This document shows, piece after piece, positions 34,704-46,933 of a DNA stretch of 64,000 bases. The notes beneath the pieces were generated by a model, which was not told where the DNA came from, did not search any database, and saw nothing but the letters and a program-made list of their open reading frames with translations. The translations under genes and the position numbers were made by a program. Positions within the stretch are counted from its first letter, which is position 1. Each line of letters begins with the position of its first letter. The stretch is taken from assembly GCA_010015585.1 (NCBI GenBank), contig ML975171.1. The stretch is one strand, 5' to 3'. The DNA is from Eremomyces bilateralis CBS 781.70 (taxonomy: Eukaryota).

Positions 34704-36755
34704 GATGGCAGTCGTTTCAGGGAGTGTTCTGCTCAAAGGCCTCTCAGAGGATGCGGGAAGGAGAAAGAAGCGAGTGTTCTCCAGAGAAGGTCGCGAGAAT
34801 ATAAAGGAAGGACTCAAAGAAAGGGAGACGCTTTTGATAAGACGCTGGAGTCAAAAATTCACACGCATCCTATTCACAGTGCGGGTGCGGGCGCTATTTA
34901 GAAGTTGAACAATACGGAGTATTGAACATTGCTGCGGGTCAATAAGGACTGGAGCATCAATAGGGAAACACAAGCGCCTATTCAAGGGCATATGTCCGAG
35001 GCAAGCCATAGCGCAAAGGTTAAATGTCACCACCGTGGCAAGCCAAGGGGTCATGTCCTGTTCAGAAACGTGTTCTAGGTCCGATGTTCCAAACATAAGT
35101 CTGTTTCTTGGTCGGAGGGATAGAGGGTGGGACCGTGATAGTGGTCAGGCAAGGCGCGGAGTCGAGGAGGTCGATTTGACCGTTCATCCAGGGATCCCTT
35201 GCTGCCCATGCGTAACCGAAACAAATTCAGGTACGGATGGCGCCTCCGTCCAATCACACGGTGACAGTGCGATGAGAGTGGCTCCAGATGTTGCAGTGCG
35301 TTTCAAAATAATTGTCCTTGGTTCTTGTCTCTCGGCCAAAGGATTGAATCCCAGAAGTCATGGTGAATCATGAGATGTGTTCCCGGGTTTCTCTGACTGC
35401 TCGCCTAGTTCCCTGAACTTCGACCTGACATCTCCGGTTCAACCGAATAGCAGGATGGTGATCTGTCTCCTGCTTCCTCCACGTGGTTATGTTGATATCA
35501 GATATATGATACCTCCCCATTAGGAGTCTTCAGGGTTCAGATCGCTGGCTTGACTCCACATCCCCAACCACGTCTCTAGGCAAAAGACGATTTCGACATA
35601 TTCATCTCTCCGTGCCTCAATCTGCTTTGAAGCGGCTGAGAATGAAGTGTTCGGCCAGTTCAGGAATACAGCAAGTAAGGAGTGGCAGGAACCAGGCCCG
35701 GCAGGGGGATGTGCTGCAGTATCCTGAGTCCTGACAGCTGACGCCTGATCGTCACTCTTGCAGTTCTTGCCTGGGTCTGCGACATACAATCCCATTATTC
35801 CACTGATTCATTTCGTTCCTTCTCGCTGCAAATTGTTTGTTCCACTTCCAGGATTGCTCACACCACTGTGGTGGGAGGATAGATCGCTTTCCTGGTCCCC
35901 TGGCTTCATGTTTCGAGCACTGCGGGGTTATCCCATCCACCTGGCCAGACTCCTGGGGCTCTTTGCTTTTGAGATGTGAATAAGACAGTTTCATTATCTT
36001 AAATTGAGGGAGATGATCGCCATTATAAACGAGTCTGCTCGGGTCTTGTGTGATCAAAGAGAATGAATCCGGTGGCATCGACTGGTAGGAAGATGGATCA
36101 TCACGGTATCAAAGCAAATAGGTGGGAACGACCCTGGCGACTTCCCGATGCGGTAGGTACTGTAGCGGCAATCATCTTCACCCTTGAGAGGGTTCACACT
36201 ATAACGGTATTTGAAATGTCTTATAATGCGTCGTCTTATGAAGTTATGGAGAATATCCGAGCATTCTAATGGCATCTGAGTACTATCTCAAGTGTCCCCA
36301 TAGAACTGATTGCTGGCCCGACAATCCGGCTGCGTTCTTCGGGCGAGCCGAGAAGGACAAGCCGATCATTCTTTACCTCCCTTGTGCGAGGGACCAGTTC
36401 AAGGGGCGGAGTGCGTAGTGACACCACGACGTAGGGCATGAATTTGGGATGGCTGCCATTAGATATCTAGTGTGGTCGATCACCGTGAAGGAGAGACGAG
36501 AGAGTTGGCAGCGAATGGACGACGCCGGCGTGCTTTAAGTAATGGTCATACGATGTTAGTAAATAAGCAATGTCGAATAAAAATCTCAATTTGATCTCAT
36601 AAACAAGTGTAAACAGGCGCAGCCATAAATCGAATTCTTTTGAATGCTCGACCGGATCCAGCGCCTATAATACAAAAGGAAATTCGACTCTTGCGAGGTC
36701 AAGCAAGCCCATAAACTTCAATGGTCTAGACCGGCCGAGATATATACCGAGCCGT

Positions 36756-38232
36756 TTACTTGATGTTCTCCGGGCGGAGAGAGCTGTTATACCGTTAGTG
36801 ATTGACCACCAATTCATCAGAGGCACAATGGCATGAAAGGGAGAAGGAAGAAATAAACTCACCGAACGGCCTTGCCCGCCCTCCAGATCTCCAAATCCTG
36901 GATCTCCTTCATCTCCTTCTCATACAACTCCCGATAATCCGGGCGGCTGTTATAGTCCAGCGATCGCTGCGTCTCGCTACCGTCGGCGACGCGATCATAC
37001 AGCTCGTTGAACACGGGCTTCAGCGCCTCGCGGAACTTCTTGCTCCAATCGATGGCGCCACGGCGCGCGGTGGTCGAGCACGCGGCGTACATGTAGTCCA
37101 TCCCGTTGGCGCCGATGAGCGGGTACAGGCTCTGGGTAGCCTCCTCGACGGTCTCGTTGAAGGCCTCGGAGGGCGAGTGGCCGCGCTCGCGGAGCACCTC
37201 GTACTGGGCGAGGAACATGCCGTGGATGCCGCCCATGAGGCAGCCGCGTTCACCGTACAGGTCAGAGTAGACCTCCTTTTCGAAGGTGGTCTTGTAGAGG
37301 TAGCCGGAGCCGACGGCGACGCCGAGGGCGACGGCTTTCTCTTCGGCCTTGCCGGTGACATCCTGGAAGACGGCAACGGAGGAGTTGATACCGCGGCCCT
37401 CTTTGAAGAGAGTACGCACGGTGCGGCCGGAGCCCTTGGGGGCGACGAGGATGACGTCGATGTCTTTGGGGACTTCGACGGTGGTGAGGTGCTTGAAGAC
37501 GGGGGAGAAGCCGTGGGAGAAGTAGAGGGTCTGGGATGGGTTAGTGGTCATTCAATTGGTTTTATGGGTGTGGAGATGGAAGGATCCAATTGACATACCT
37601 TGCCCTTGGTCAACTGCGGCTTGATGTGCGCCCAGGTCTCCTTCTGGGCGGCGTCGCTCAGCAGATTCATGATGATGGTACCACGGGTGATGGCCTCGTC
37701 AATGTCGAACAGGTTCTTGCCAGGGACCCAGCCGTCTTGCTGAGCCTCCTTCCATGAGGTGCCATCTTTCCGGACGCCGATTATGACATTCAGGCCGTTG
37801 TCGCGCAGGTTGAGACCTTGGCCGTGACCTTGCGAGCCGTAGCCGATGAGAGCGAGGGTGTCGTTCTTGAAGTATTCCTGGAATCTGGATCAGCCTCTTG
37901 GATTGTATGTTTGTAAAGCTCAATGACTTACAAGAAGCTTTTCCCTCGGCCAGTCCTCACGCTCTGTAACAGTCATCAGTAACGAATCCTTTGTACACCG
38001 CCTTTCTCCGGGCTCAATTACCGTAGACCTTCTCCTTGGTTCCGGCGAAGTCAATCGTCTTCACACCTCGCGTCTGCTGGAACGAAAGTGAAGCCGTGCT
38101 CTTCTTCGCGGCAACGCCATTGGCGACCTTCGCAGCCTGGATGGCGGTCACGAAGCTACGTTGCTGAACCGCTGGCTTCGCAAGCTGAGCGGCTTGAGCA
38201 CGCAGAGCTCGGGTAGCGGTGCGCGACGACAT
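36756..38232 (-). CDS. ILV5: Ketol-acid reductoisomerase, mitochondrial
   Basis: Presequence, LIGYGSQGHGQGLNLRD, LLSDAAQ, YFSHGFS, VAPKGSG, SDLYGERGCLMG, ACSTTARRGA, EIWRAGKAVR|SLRPEN. Confidence 0.97.
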
Positions 38233-38982
38233 CTCGGAAGGATGGAGAGGGATTGATGAGAGTGGAGATTTGGAGATTGATGTATTGCAGAAGCAATTGA
38301 GATTTGCGGAGGGTTAAGAGGAGAGGGAGATAGTGATTCCGAAATTCAGCGTAGTCACACACCGCGGGAAGAATTTGTCCTGCACAGTCATTGCCTCATT
38401 GGCGGTCTATTGGCAGCTCGAGCCGAGTCGGACAGTGGAGTTTGCTGCCGGGGGGGCCGAGCTTGGAGCTTGTGCCCTCTGCGTCTCTGCCACTCTCCTG
38501 TTTGCACACTCTTTCTCATACACATTCTTACTCACTCTCTCACAGCCTCCGACATCGGCTCCGTTAATTCCATCACCCAATCAGGTAGTTATAACTTTTA
38601 AGTTATATGGTAAGGTAGCGTACTAGTACTGTTAGCTGTGTGCCTAACTGCCTATGATCATTTTGTATGAAAATTATCTACTTGTGAGTGGTGACTAATT
38701 TGTGGTCTATTGCTATGATAGACATCGTTATGTGAGGAATCGGGGCTGCTGTATACACGCTGTGTCGCTTAGACGATGGTTCTCAGCCCCGTAGAACAAA
38801 ATGAACAACACTGGGCCCTCTCTCCGGCCATTCCTTCGGTTGTCCAACCCTCCTCTGCTTCAATGCCATTCCAACACTCGGCCTCCATATTGGTGGGTAG
38901 GTTCTCCTGGGTAATGAAGTCTAGAGCTGATAGCTCGTCACGAAACAATTCTGTATTTGGGGATGTTGATGTCCTCCCCTCA

Positions 38983-39745
38983 TCACTTCGTGACCTTGTC
39001 GAATCTCTCCTTCCGGACCTGACCACCGGCCATCGACGCCCTGACATTCCGCTTGAACGACTCTCGGTTGGTCTTCAGGTCTTCCGCCGCGTCTTTGTTC
39101 AAGGGATCAGCCGCGTTGGGCTCAAGAAAGAGGAACTGATCACATTCAATTAGCCTCTGTTCATACAACCTGTCCCGCACCCTTCCTCCCCAAGTCTTGC
39201 GCTTGTAAACTACACTCACCTGCAGACCCACGATCACCGCGTTCAAGTTCAACACCGGCTTCCAATCCTCCCGCAGGATGTTCAAGCACACATTCCCCTC
39301 CAGATCGATGTTCGGATGGTAGATCTTCTCGCGACACTTGACCTTGGGCGGATCATGCGGGAAGTTCTGGTTGATCGCGAATGAGAAGCTGAACCGCCCG
39401 CCGACGTACATGCCCTCGTCCGGATCGATCGTGAGGATGAAGTTTAGGATGTCGTCCGGGTCGGGGAAGTCGGTGCGCATCGTGCTGCCTAGGGCGAGTT
39501 CCGAGAGGTCTGGGGCGGCGGGAGGTTAGTTGCTGTCGAAGGCGGATATCGTGGATAGAAAATGCGATAGGATATTGACCTTTCTGGACCCGAAGTTGAG
39601 CGGCGGTGATCTTCTTCTTCTTCGAACCGCCCGCAGCGGCGTTCTCAGCCTGCTGCTGCTTCTGCTTCTGGGGTGGCGGTTAGTGAGATCCAACAACAAA
39701 ATACCCTTTCCTCTCCTCGCTTACCATAGACCAGATCTTCAACAT
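38983..39745 (-). CDS. UBC12: NEDD8-conjugating enzyme Ubc12
   Basis: [65 protein letters not shown]. Confidence 0.95.
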
Positions 39746-40189
39746 CTTGCCTGAATCAGCCTAGAATCGGACTGCTCAGTTCGGGTAAATGGTGGAATCT
39801 AGATATCGCAGGTACGGCCCGGGTGTGAGGGCGTGGCGGGGTCTGCTGGAGTTCCGGAGTTAAGTAAACACTGGCGGGAAGGGATGCGGGTAAGGTTAAA
39901 CTAACTGCTGTATAGGCAAATGCTTGGTGGAGAAAAGAACGGTTTGGAAGAACGAGTCTCCAAGATATGAGTTGCTCACAGCACGATTGTATTGCGCTGG
40001 TTGCTTCGCAATGTTATCATCTGTGAGACTGTGAGTGAGTGAGTGCGGGAGAGATTGGCCCACTGTTACCCGCCGATCTGATTTGTTGACTGGGGTGCGC
40101 CATTGGCGCCTTATCGCCTTATCGCCGTATAAGGTATTGATGCCTTGTTGCCTTGCCACTTTGTCGAATCTGGTCGATGTGGAAGATCG

Positions 40190-40390
40190 AGGGATATCGT
40201 GGGAGGGGATACCAGGGGCAAGGAGTTTCCAGCGAGAGGAGATACCAGGGGATAGGAGGCCAGAGGAGAGGATATATTAGGGGAGAAGGGACATCAGTGA
40301 AGAGGAGATATCACCGGCGAGGAGATACCAGAGGAGAGGAGCCACCAGGGGCGAGAATATAGTACGGGGAGGGGATATCAAGGGGAAGAT
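40190..40390 (+). repeat. Degenerate purine-rich minisatellite (~17-18-bp unit like GAGGAGATACCAGGGGA)
   Basis: GAGGGGATACCAGGGG, GAGGAGATACCAGGGG, GAGGAGATATCACCGG, GAGGAGATACCAGAGG, GAGGGGATATCAAGGG and similar units in tandem. Confidence 0.75.
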
Positions 40391-40619
40391 GAGTCTAGTC
40401 TAGAGTGCGGACCAGAAGATCACCAACCGTGGCATGGTGATGATATGGATGAAGGCATTCGACAGCTTGTCGCCAACCGCGGTATTAAAACATTTCTATA
40501 ATAAACAAGAGGCACTCGCAAGCCGGTCTGTATGTGACTCTCCCTAGATCGTACAGTACCACTCTGGCTTGGGGATGCCAAACTCCACTCCTTTCGCATA
40601 CCCTTTGCTGCGTATCCGA

Positions 40620-42469
40620 TCACCGATCCAACTCCCGATCCGGCACACAGCATTGCTTCCCATTCCCACACTCATCCCCACACTCCAGTAGACACGCATC
40701 CGGCGATGCCCTCAAGCTTGACCGACTAGGCGCCTTGCTCGCCACGCGGCTTCCCTTCCCCTTCGACGACCGCCCCGATCCAATATCGTCGTCCTCTCCG
40801 CAGCTATCCTCCTCGTCCAGATGGCCATCGTGATGCGCCACGCCGTTCTCCTGGCCGAGGTCGGACTCCAGGCAGAACTCTGGCTGGATCGTCGACGAGT
40901 GGATACCGTACGCGTGCAGGCACCGGCGGATGCTCCGCGCGAGCGCCATGTACTGCGCGGAGCCCTCGCCTTTGGAGTCGCAGATGCCGGTTGGGAACGC
41001 GACTTGGACGTGCAGGCTCGCGACCAGCTTGGTGTCGCTCAGCTGCCAGACGTGGAGGTGGTGGCAGGAGCGCACGCCTGGGAGTGTGGTGATGTCTGCT
41101 TTGATGTCGTCGACAGATAGGCCGATGGGGACGGCTTGTAGAAGGATGCGCGACGCGGCTTTGCAAAGGGGGACGGCGGAGCAGAGGATGATGATGGTGA
41201 TGATGAGGGAGATGAGAGGGTCGGAGTAGAAGCGGTAGGGCGATTTGGTGAGCCAGATGATGAGCGCGGAGGCGATGACACCGATGTTGCCGAGTGCGTC
41301 GCCTACGACGTGGAGGAAGACGCCTTTCATATTGAGGTCGCTGTGGGAGTGGGAGTGGGACTTGCCATCGCCTCGGGGTTGAGCGTGGCGGTGGTGTGCA
41401 TGAAGAGCGCCGTCCGACACCGCTCGGGGCCGGTGCTTGCTGTGGCTGGAAGGGTTGGACTGTCTTTTGAGTAAGGGGTCTGCTTCGGTTGGTTCGTCCA
41501 CAACAGCTTGCTCTTCCTCTGTGTCGGTGCCTGACCCCGAGTCGATGTTGTCTAACTTGCTTGCGGCGATGATCTCGTTCCGGAACGAGGCTGGGTGGAC
41601 ATGGATCTCTCCGAGACTGGAATAGCCCCTTGATCGAGATCGGCTGTGCTTTTTGCGATGCTGGAGAGGAGACGTAATCCTGCCCGAAGGTGTTCTGGAA
41701 CCATCGCCTTCCCGCTGTCCGGAGAACCTCCTTCGGGATTGCTTCTGAACTTGGCTCTCTGGAAGGACATCCTCGATATTTCCGGTCGGGTCAGCAATGG
41801 CTTGAGTTTCTGGATCCTCGTCAATCCCCTCGGGATGAGCGTGTCCTTCCTCTGCCGCACCCAGGCCGTCTCCATGTTCGTGATCGTGCCCATGGCCGCC
41901 TGGCCCATGGCTATGTTCGTGGAACAGGAAGAGACCGAGGATATTGGAGGCGAGACCACAGCACCCGACAACGAGAACGAGCTGTGGTTGAGAAACTTCT
42001 TGGGGTTCGACAAATCGTTGAATCGCTTCGAGGAAGATCGATAGACATAGTGCGACCAGGAACACTCCGTTGACCAAGGCCCCTAATGTTTCTGCGCGTT
42101 GCCACTACGTGCGCGTTAGCAACCATCTTGGATGTAGGCTGAATGAGTACTGACGCCATAGGTGTATGTAGTTGACTTAGTCTTCGACGTGGCTACCTTG
42201 ACAGCCCACAGTCCAACACATAATGAGAGCACATCATTTAACTTGGTCCGTGTTAGTTATTGTAGGATAATCGGAGAATCATGATAGCATACCATATGAA
42301 ATGCATCGGCGACAAGCGCAAGAGAATGAACCGAGTATCCTGCACCACCAGTCAGTTTCCATTCCCATGTTCTCCATCGACCCTACATACCAACAGTTAA
42401 TTCCAATAAAAAGAATAGTGTGTCTATGGCCAAGAGGATTTGTATCCTCGTCGATTTGGATAGAGCCAT
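40620..42469 (-). CDS. ZRC1: CDF-family zinc transporter (Zrc1/Cot1-like)
   Basis: MALSKSTRIQILL, HSLALVADAFHM, YTYG|WQRAETLGALVNGVFL, His-rich loop, NMKGVFLHVVGDALGN, HHLHVWQL, GIHSSTIQPE. Confidence 0.92.
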
Positions 42470-43251
42470 GATGGCACCGTTCTGCGCAAAAGCGCAGTGT
42501 CTATGAATCTAGGACCGCGCGATCAGAACTGGTGCTGAAGCTACACTATCTGGGGCCGGAGAGACATTTGGATAATAAATGTAATGAGATGGTTTCTATA
42601 CACTGGGCGCACAGAGCTTTGGATATGAAGTGCCGTTGTGGTATACACAGAATGGTAAATACAATCTATTGTCTGTCAGGAATTAATGTAGTGGCGGGTG
42701 GCGTCATATCGTGGACGGGCAGGCAGGAATGAAACTCGAGATCTGCAAAGCACTAGTAATCACACTTAGACCACAATAGTAAAATATAAGGATTAATTAC
42801 CTGTACAATACACAAGTATCTGCCTTAAATGGTTAGCATGTCTAGGATATAGTACTAATGACCAACCACAGGTGACCAAGCCATCTGACCTCAAGTATGG
42901 AGTACCTTATTGAGGATTCGAGGTTAAGTCCGCTTTGTAGCTGGTCGTTGGTGCTGCATCACTATGTGATCTGAGAATTACTTTGGACAATATAGGAGAT
43001 TTGTACATAACAAATAAATATATGTGAACTTTAAAGCAATCGTGTGTACTCTGTACGATAGGAGCTGAGCTTACATAAGTCTGGACCCTGTTAAGTATCT
43101 ACTCTCCCCTTAACTTCGGACCTCAACGACGTATTTGTAATTCTGTCTACAACCAAGGAACAGCAGGCACTTGAAGTGCCCTTACGATTGTAGTCTCTTG
43201 ACTACAACATCGTAGATACCAGGCCGGTAACTACGCTTTTGGCTGGACAAT

Positions 43252-44480
43252 ATGTTATTTTTCTCAATCTTGCTCCTCCTTGGAGCAAGTATCCTCTCCT
43301 CCGCTGAACATACATCGAATTGGGCCGTCCTTGTTTCGACATCTCGGTTTTGGTTCAACTATAGACATCTTGCCAATGTCTTGTCCTTATATAGGACTGT
43401 CAAGCGACTGGGCATTCCGGATTCCCAGATCATTCTCATGCTTCCAGATGACATGGCTTGCAACCCTCGAAACGTGTTCCCCGGCACTGTTTACAACAAC
43501 GCGGATCGAGCACTGGATCTCTATGGAGACAACATCGAAGTGGATTATAGGGGCTACGAGGTTACGGTAGAGAACTTTATCCGGTTGCTCACAGACCGGT
43601 TTGGCGACGACGTACCGCGAAGCAAAAGGCTGTTGACGGACGATCGGAGCAACATCTTGATCTACATGACCGGGCACGGTGGGAACGAGTTCCTCAAGTT
43701 CCAGGATGCGGAGGAAATCAGTGCGTTTGACCTCGCCGATGCCTTTGCGCAGATGTGGGAGAAGAAGAGGTGAGCATACATCCCAAGATCTTCAAATTCA
43801 TACTCATGGAGGGCAATAGATACCACGAAATGCTATTCATGATCGACACCTGCCAGGCGAACACCATGTACAGCAAATTCTACTCCCCCAACATCATCGC
43901 GACTGGTTCTTCCGAAATCGACGAGTCCTCCTACAGCCACCATGCAGACAACGACGTCGGCGTCGCCGTGATCGATCGATATACCTATTATAATCTCGAA
44001 TTCCTCGAAACGCAGGTCCGCGAGCAAGGAAGCAAGCTTAATCTAGGCGACCTATTCGATTCATACGACGAGGAGCAGATCCACTCGCGCCCAGGGTTCC
44101 GCTACGACTTGTTTGAAGGAGGAGCCGAAGCAGCGCGAGCGCGCAAGGTCATGGACTTTTTTGGCAACGTGCAGAACGTAGAGGTTCAAGGGGAGGCAGA
44201 TGCGGCGTCCTGGAATGCGACGAGCTGGAAAGAGGAACTTCAGGCGCTGCAGAACTTGGTCGAGGAGGCTCAGAAGAGACATAATGCTTCCGCACCCGGA
44301 CCGGAGCATTCAAGAGCCGCCGCAGATGGAGCATCGGTAACCTTCCGGGGTCTTAACCATGGTGTGGCGGCGAAGGTGCAGGTGGAGAATACGTGGAGCA
44401 AACAGGTCATGGGAGCAACGGCGCTCCTAGGCTGTGCTGCGGTGTGGATGCTCGGCTCATACTTCGATACGGCGAAGTGA
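43252..44480 (+). CDS. GPI8: GPI-anchor transamidase catalytic subunit
   Basis: [20 protein letters not shown], catalytic TGHGG and IDTCQA, C-terminal TM; one intron from ~43771. Confidence 0.96.
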
Positions 44481-44984
44481 ATGAGCTGTCTAGCATTGTT
44501 GGAATTAAAAAGAAAGGATTCCAACAACGCTTCAGGATTACAGCCAGCGCCACAACTACATATCTCCAACAGCCCGAGTGTCTCTTTATTGGAAGGCATT
44601 TGCTTGCTCATCGCAGCACTCCGGCGCGGACTTCGATTACGTCTCGGGGGTTAAAGGCTGCCAACCATTAGAGCATTCGGGTAACAGTGAAGAGCCGGCG
44701 CCGCGTGATAGTCCAGATTCTTAGAGCCGAGCGGCCATGTGGATATCAGACAAGCGGCGAATTTGCACACAGAGCAAGTTATCAATGCATCGAGGTGTCC
44801 ATTGATTCCATCTGTGCAAACCTCTATTCAGTTATATTTATCTGGCCGAAATAACGGCGATTGTCAAAACTAAGGACATCATTATATTCTTCGGACTCGT
44901 TCTTACGAAACATCTGTCCACCCTGACCATGGTCTCAATATCTGTTCTTACATTTCATCATTCATAGCCATATCATAATCGCTA

Positions 44985-45977
44985 CTACTGCTCGCCCTCC
45001 TCGCCCTCCTCGTCCTCGCCATCATCGTCGTCAACGTCATCGTAGTCGGCAGCAGCAGCAGCAGGAGCTCCATATGGCCCGGCAAGCTTTGTCAGCACTT
45101 CATACGCACTCGGCCGCTTCTTCAGCTCAACTTCCAGCATGGTCGATATAAGCTGGAGCACATTTTCGAGTCCAGGCATCCCATCCCATCCCAAGATTGA
45201 ATAAAGCGCGCCCTGAATGCTGCCATTTCCAACCCCGTCCGCATACCTATAACTGTTGCCTTGTCCATATCTTGTGACCCGCCTCAGCATCGTCCCGGAG
45301 CCACCACTACGAGACTTCTCGTACACCGCGAGAATCTCCAAAAACACATCTCCCAAACAGAAAACGTCCGATTTGCGGTCCCGCGGCTGCATCGCCAGGA
45401 TTTCCGGCGGCGCGTAGACGGGCGTATGGACGCCATACGGAGAATTCGTCACGCTGTTCCCCGACGGCTCGAAGTCGAGGGAAAGCCCGAAGTCCGAGTA
45501 CAGCACTCCACCGTTGTGGACGAGGATGTTTCCTGGCTTGATGTCCCGGTGGCGGATGGACTTGTTATGGATCTCCAGCAGACCCAACGCGAGGTTCATG
45601 AGCATCGTCACCAGCTCATCTCTGGTCATTGTCGATGACGGCTCTCGAAACTTCTGGTTGAGCCAGTCTTTCAGCGATCCGCCGTTCGCAACGGGGTAAA
45701 GTACCACGCAGATCCGGTGGATACTGCCCGTGATCCCCTCATACCAGTCGAAAAGGCGCACAACCCGACTTGCCTCTCTTAGCTTGTGCATGATGTCGAT
45801 CTCACTGGTTGCCTGCTGCCTCCATGTCGAGTATCCTAGTTTGTGGATCGAGTACTCGAAAACCTTCTGCGCAAACTCTTCCCCGGAGACTGTATCGTAG
45901 ACTCGCGCAACCCTTGCCTGCGCGCCCAACCCTAAGAAGTCTCGTTGCTCATAACAACGGGATCCATCATAGACCAT
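44985..45977 (-). CDS. Ser/Thr protein kinase of no recognised core subfamily (N-terminus uncertain)
   Basis: LGLGAQARV, FAQK, EIDIM, HRDIKPGNIL, SDFGLS, YAPPE, SDVFCLG, KRPSA; acidic tail. Confidence 0.85.
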   Translation of the reverse strand: MVYDGSRCYEQRDFLGLGAQARVARVYDTVSGEEFAQKVFEYSIHKLGYSTWRQQATSEIDIMHKLREASRVVRLFDWYEGITGSIHRICVVLYPVANGGSLKDWLNQKFREPSSTMTRDELVTMLMNLALGLLEIHNKSIRHRDIKPGNILVHNGGVLYSDFGLSLDFEPSGNSVTNSPYGVHTPVYAPPEILAMQPRDRKSDVFCLGDVFLEILAVYEKSRSGGSGTMLRRVTRYGQGNSYRYADGVGNGSIQGALYSILGWDGMPGLENVLQLISTMLEVELKKRPSAYEVLTKLAGPYGAPAAAAADYDDVDDDDGEDEEGEEGEQ

Positions 45978-46933
45978 GTGATCAGGCCGCAGAATGTATC
46001 GTTTGCCAGTGGTTTCCCCTTTGCCCGTCAGGATCAGGGGGCTTTGTTGACCAGAGTGATAAACAATGGATTGTTGCCTTTATACGGTGTCCATTCTCGA
46101 TCCCATATCACCGACTCTGCGATCTCAGTAATATCCATGACTGCGTCCTCTTTTGCTGTGGGTTCCACGCTTCAATACCGGTGCGGACACGACAAATGAG
46201 TTGGAGAATGTGAAAGGGTTGAACACGATAAGTGAGTTGGAGAATGCGAAAGGCTTTGAAACAAGAAGAGACATTGTGTTTATTCCGTACCTATAAAACA
46301 TATAGAAACTCAATCCGACAAGGCTACCTCCAAAGCTACTACTGCGCTGGCATCTGTACACGTAGCAATGAAGCGCTTCACCCGCTTGGTAATATGGGGA
46401 GACATGAAGGCGGTTACCGAAAACAGACTTGGGAACCGGTGAGGAAACAGGACAAGACTTTGATTGGATAGCTAAACACTATCTAGGGTGTGTAAAAGGC
46501 AGACATAAGGCTATGTAGGCGTGGAAAAGGCAGTCAAAAGGCCATGTAAGGTACTAAGCTGTGATATGCAAGTTAACTGTTTGCGTCCCGAAGCAGTATT
46601 GGGCTCAAGGGCTTTGAAGCCCGGCAAATGTCACTCTGCAGGCGAGATGGCCCTGCAAGGCTACTTCAGCACTGGGCACGTCGCGGCACTGGAATCCACA
46701 CGGAAGCCATGGTTGATTCAAGTCGAGTTCCGATTTATAAGTTGGTATTTGATATACAAGTGGTCTTTCGTGCATCATAACGCCCAACCGAGATGCAACC
46801 CGGCAACAGTGCCTTCGCAATGATAGTGAACAAATGAAATACGCTTTCATGAACGCGGGTTACGTCTAGAAACCAAATGACTGACGGCCGCCAGCGAGGG
46901 ACGGCGATAGCGAACGCGATCGACCATCCTCCG

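Noticed and set aside
34900..36700. Multiple 60-110-aa ORFs between GH16 and ILV5
   Set aside because: No motifs, codon bias or splice pattern; treated as intergenic.
36802..37593. 263-aa antisense ORF over ILV5 (and similar ones over HIS5, kinesin and SCD1)
   Set aside because: Expected by-product of strong GC3 codon bias; no domain signal.
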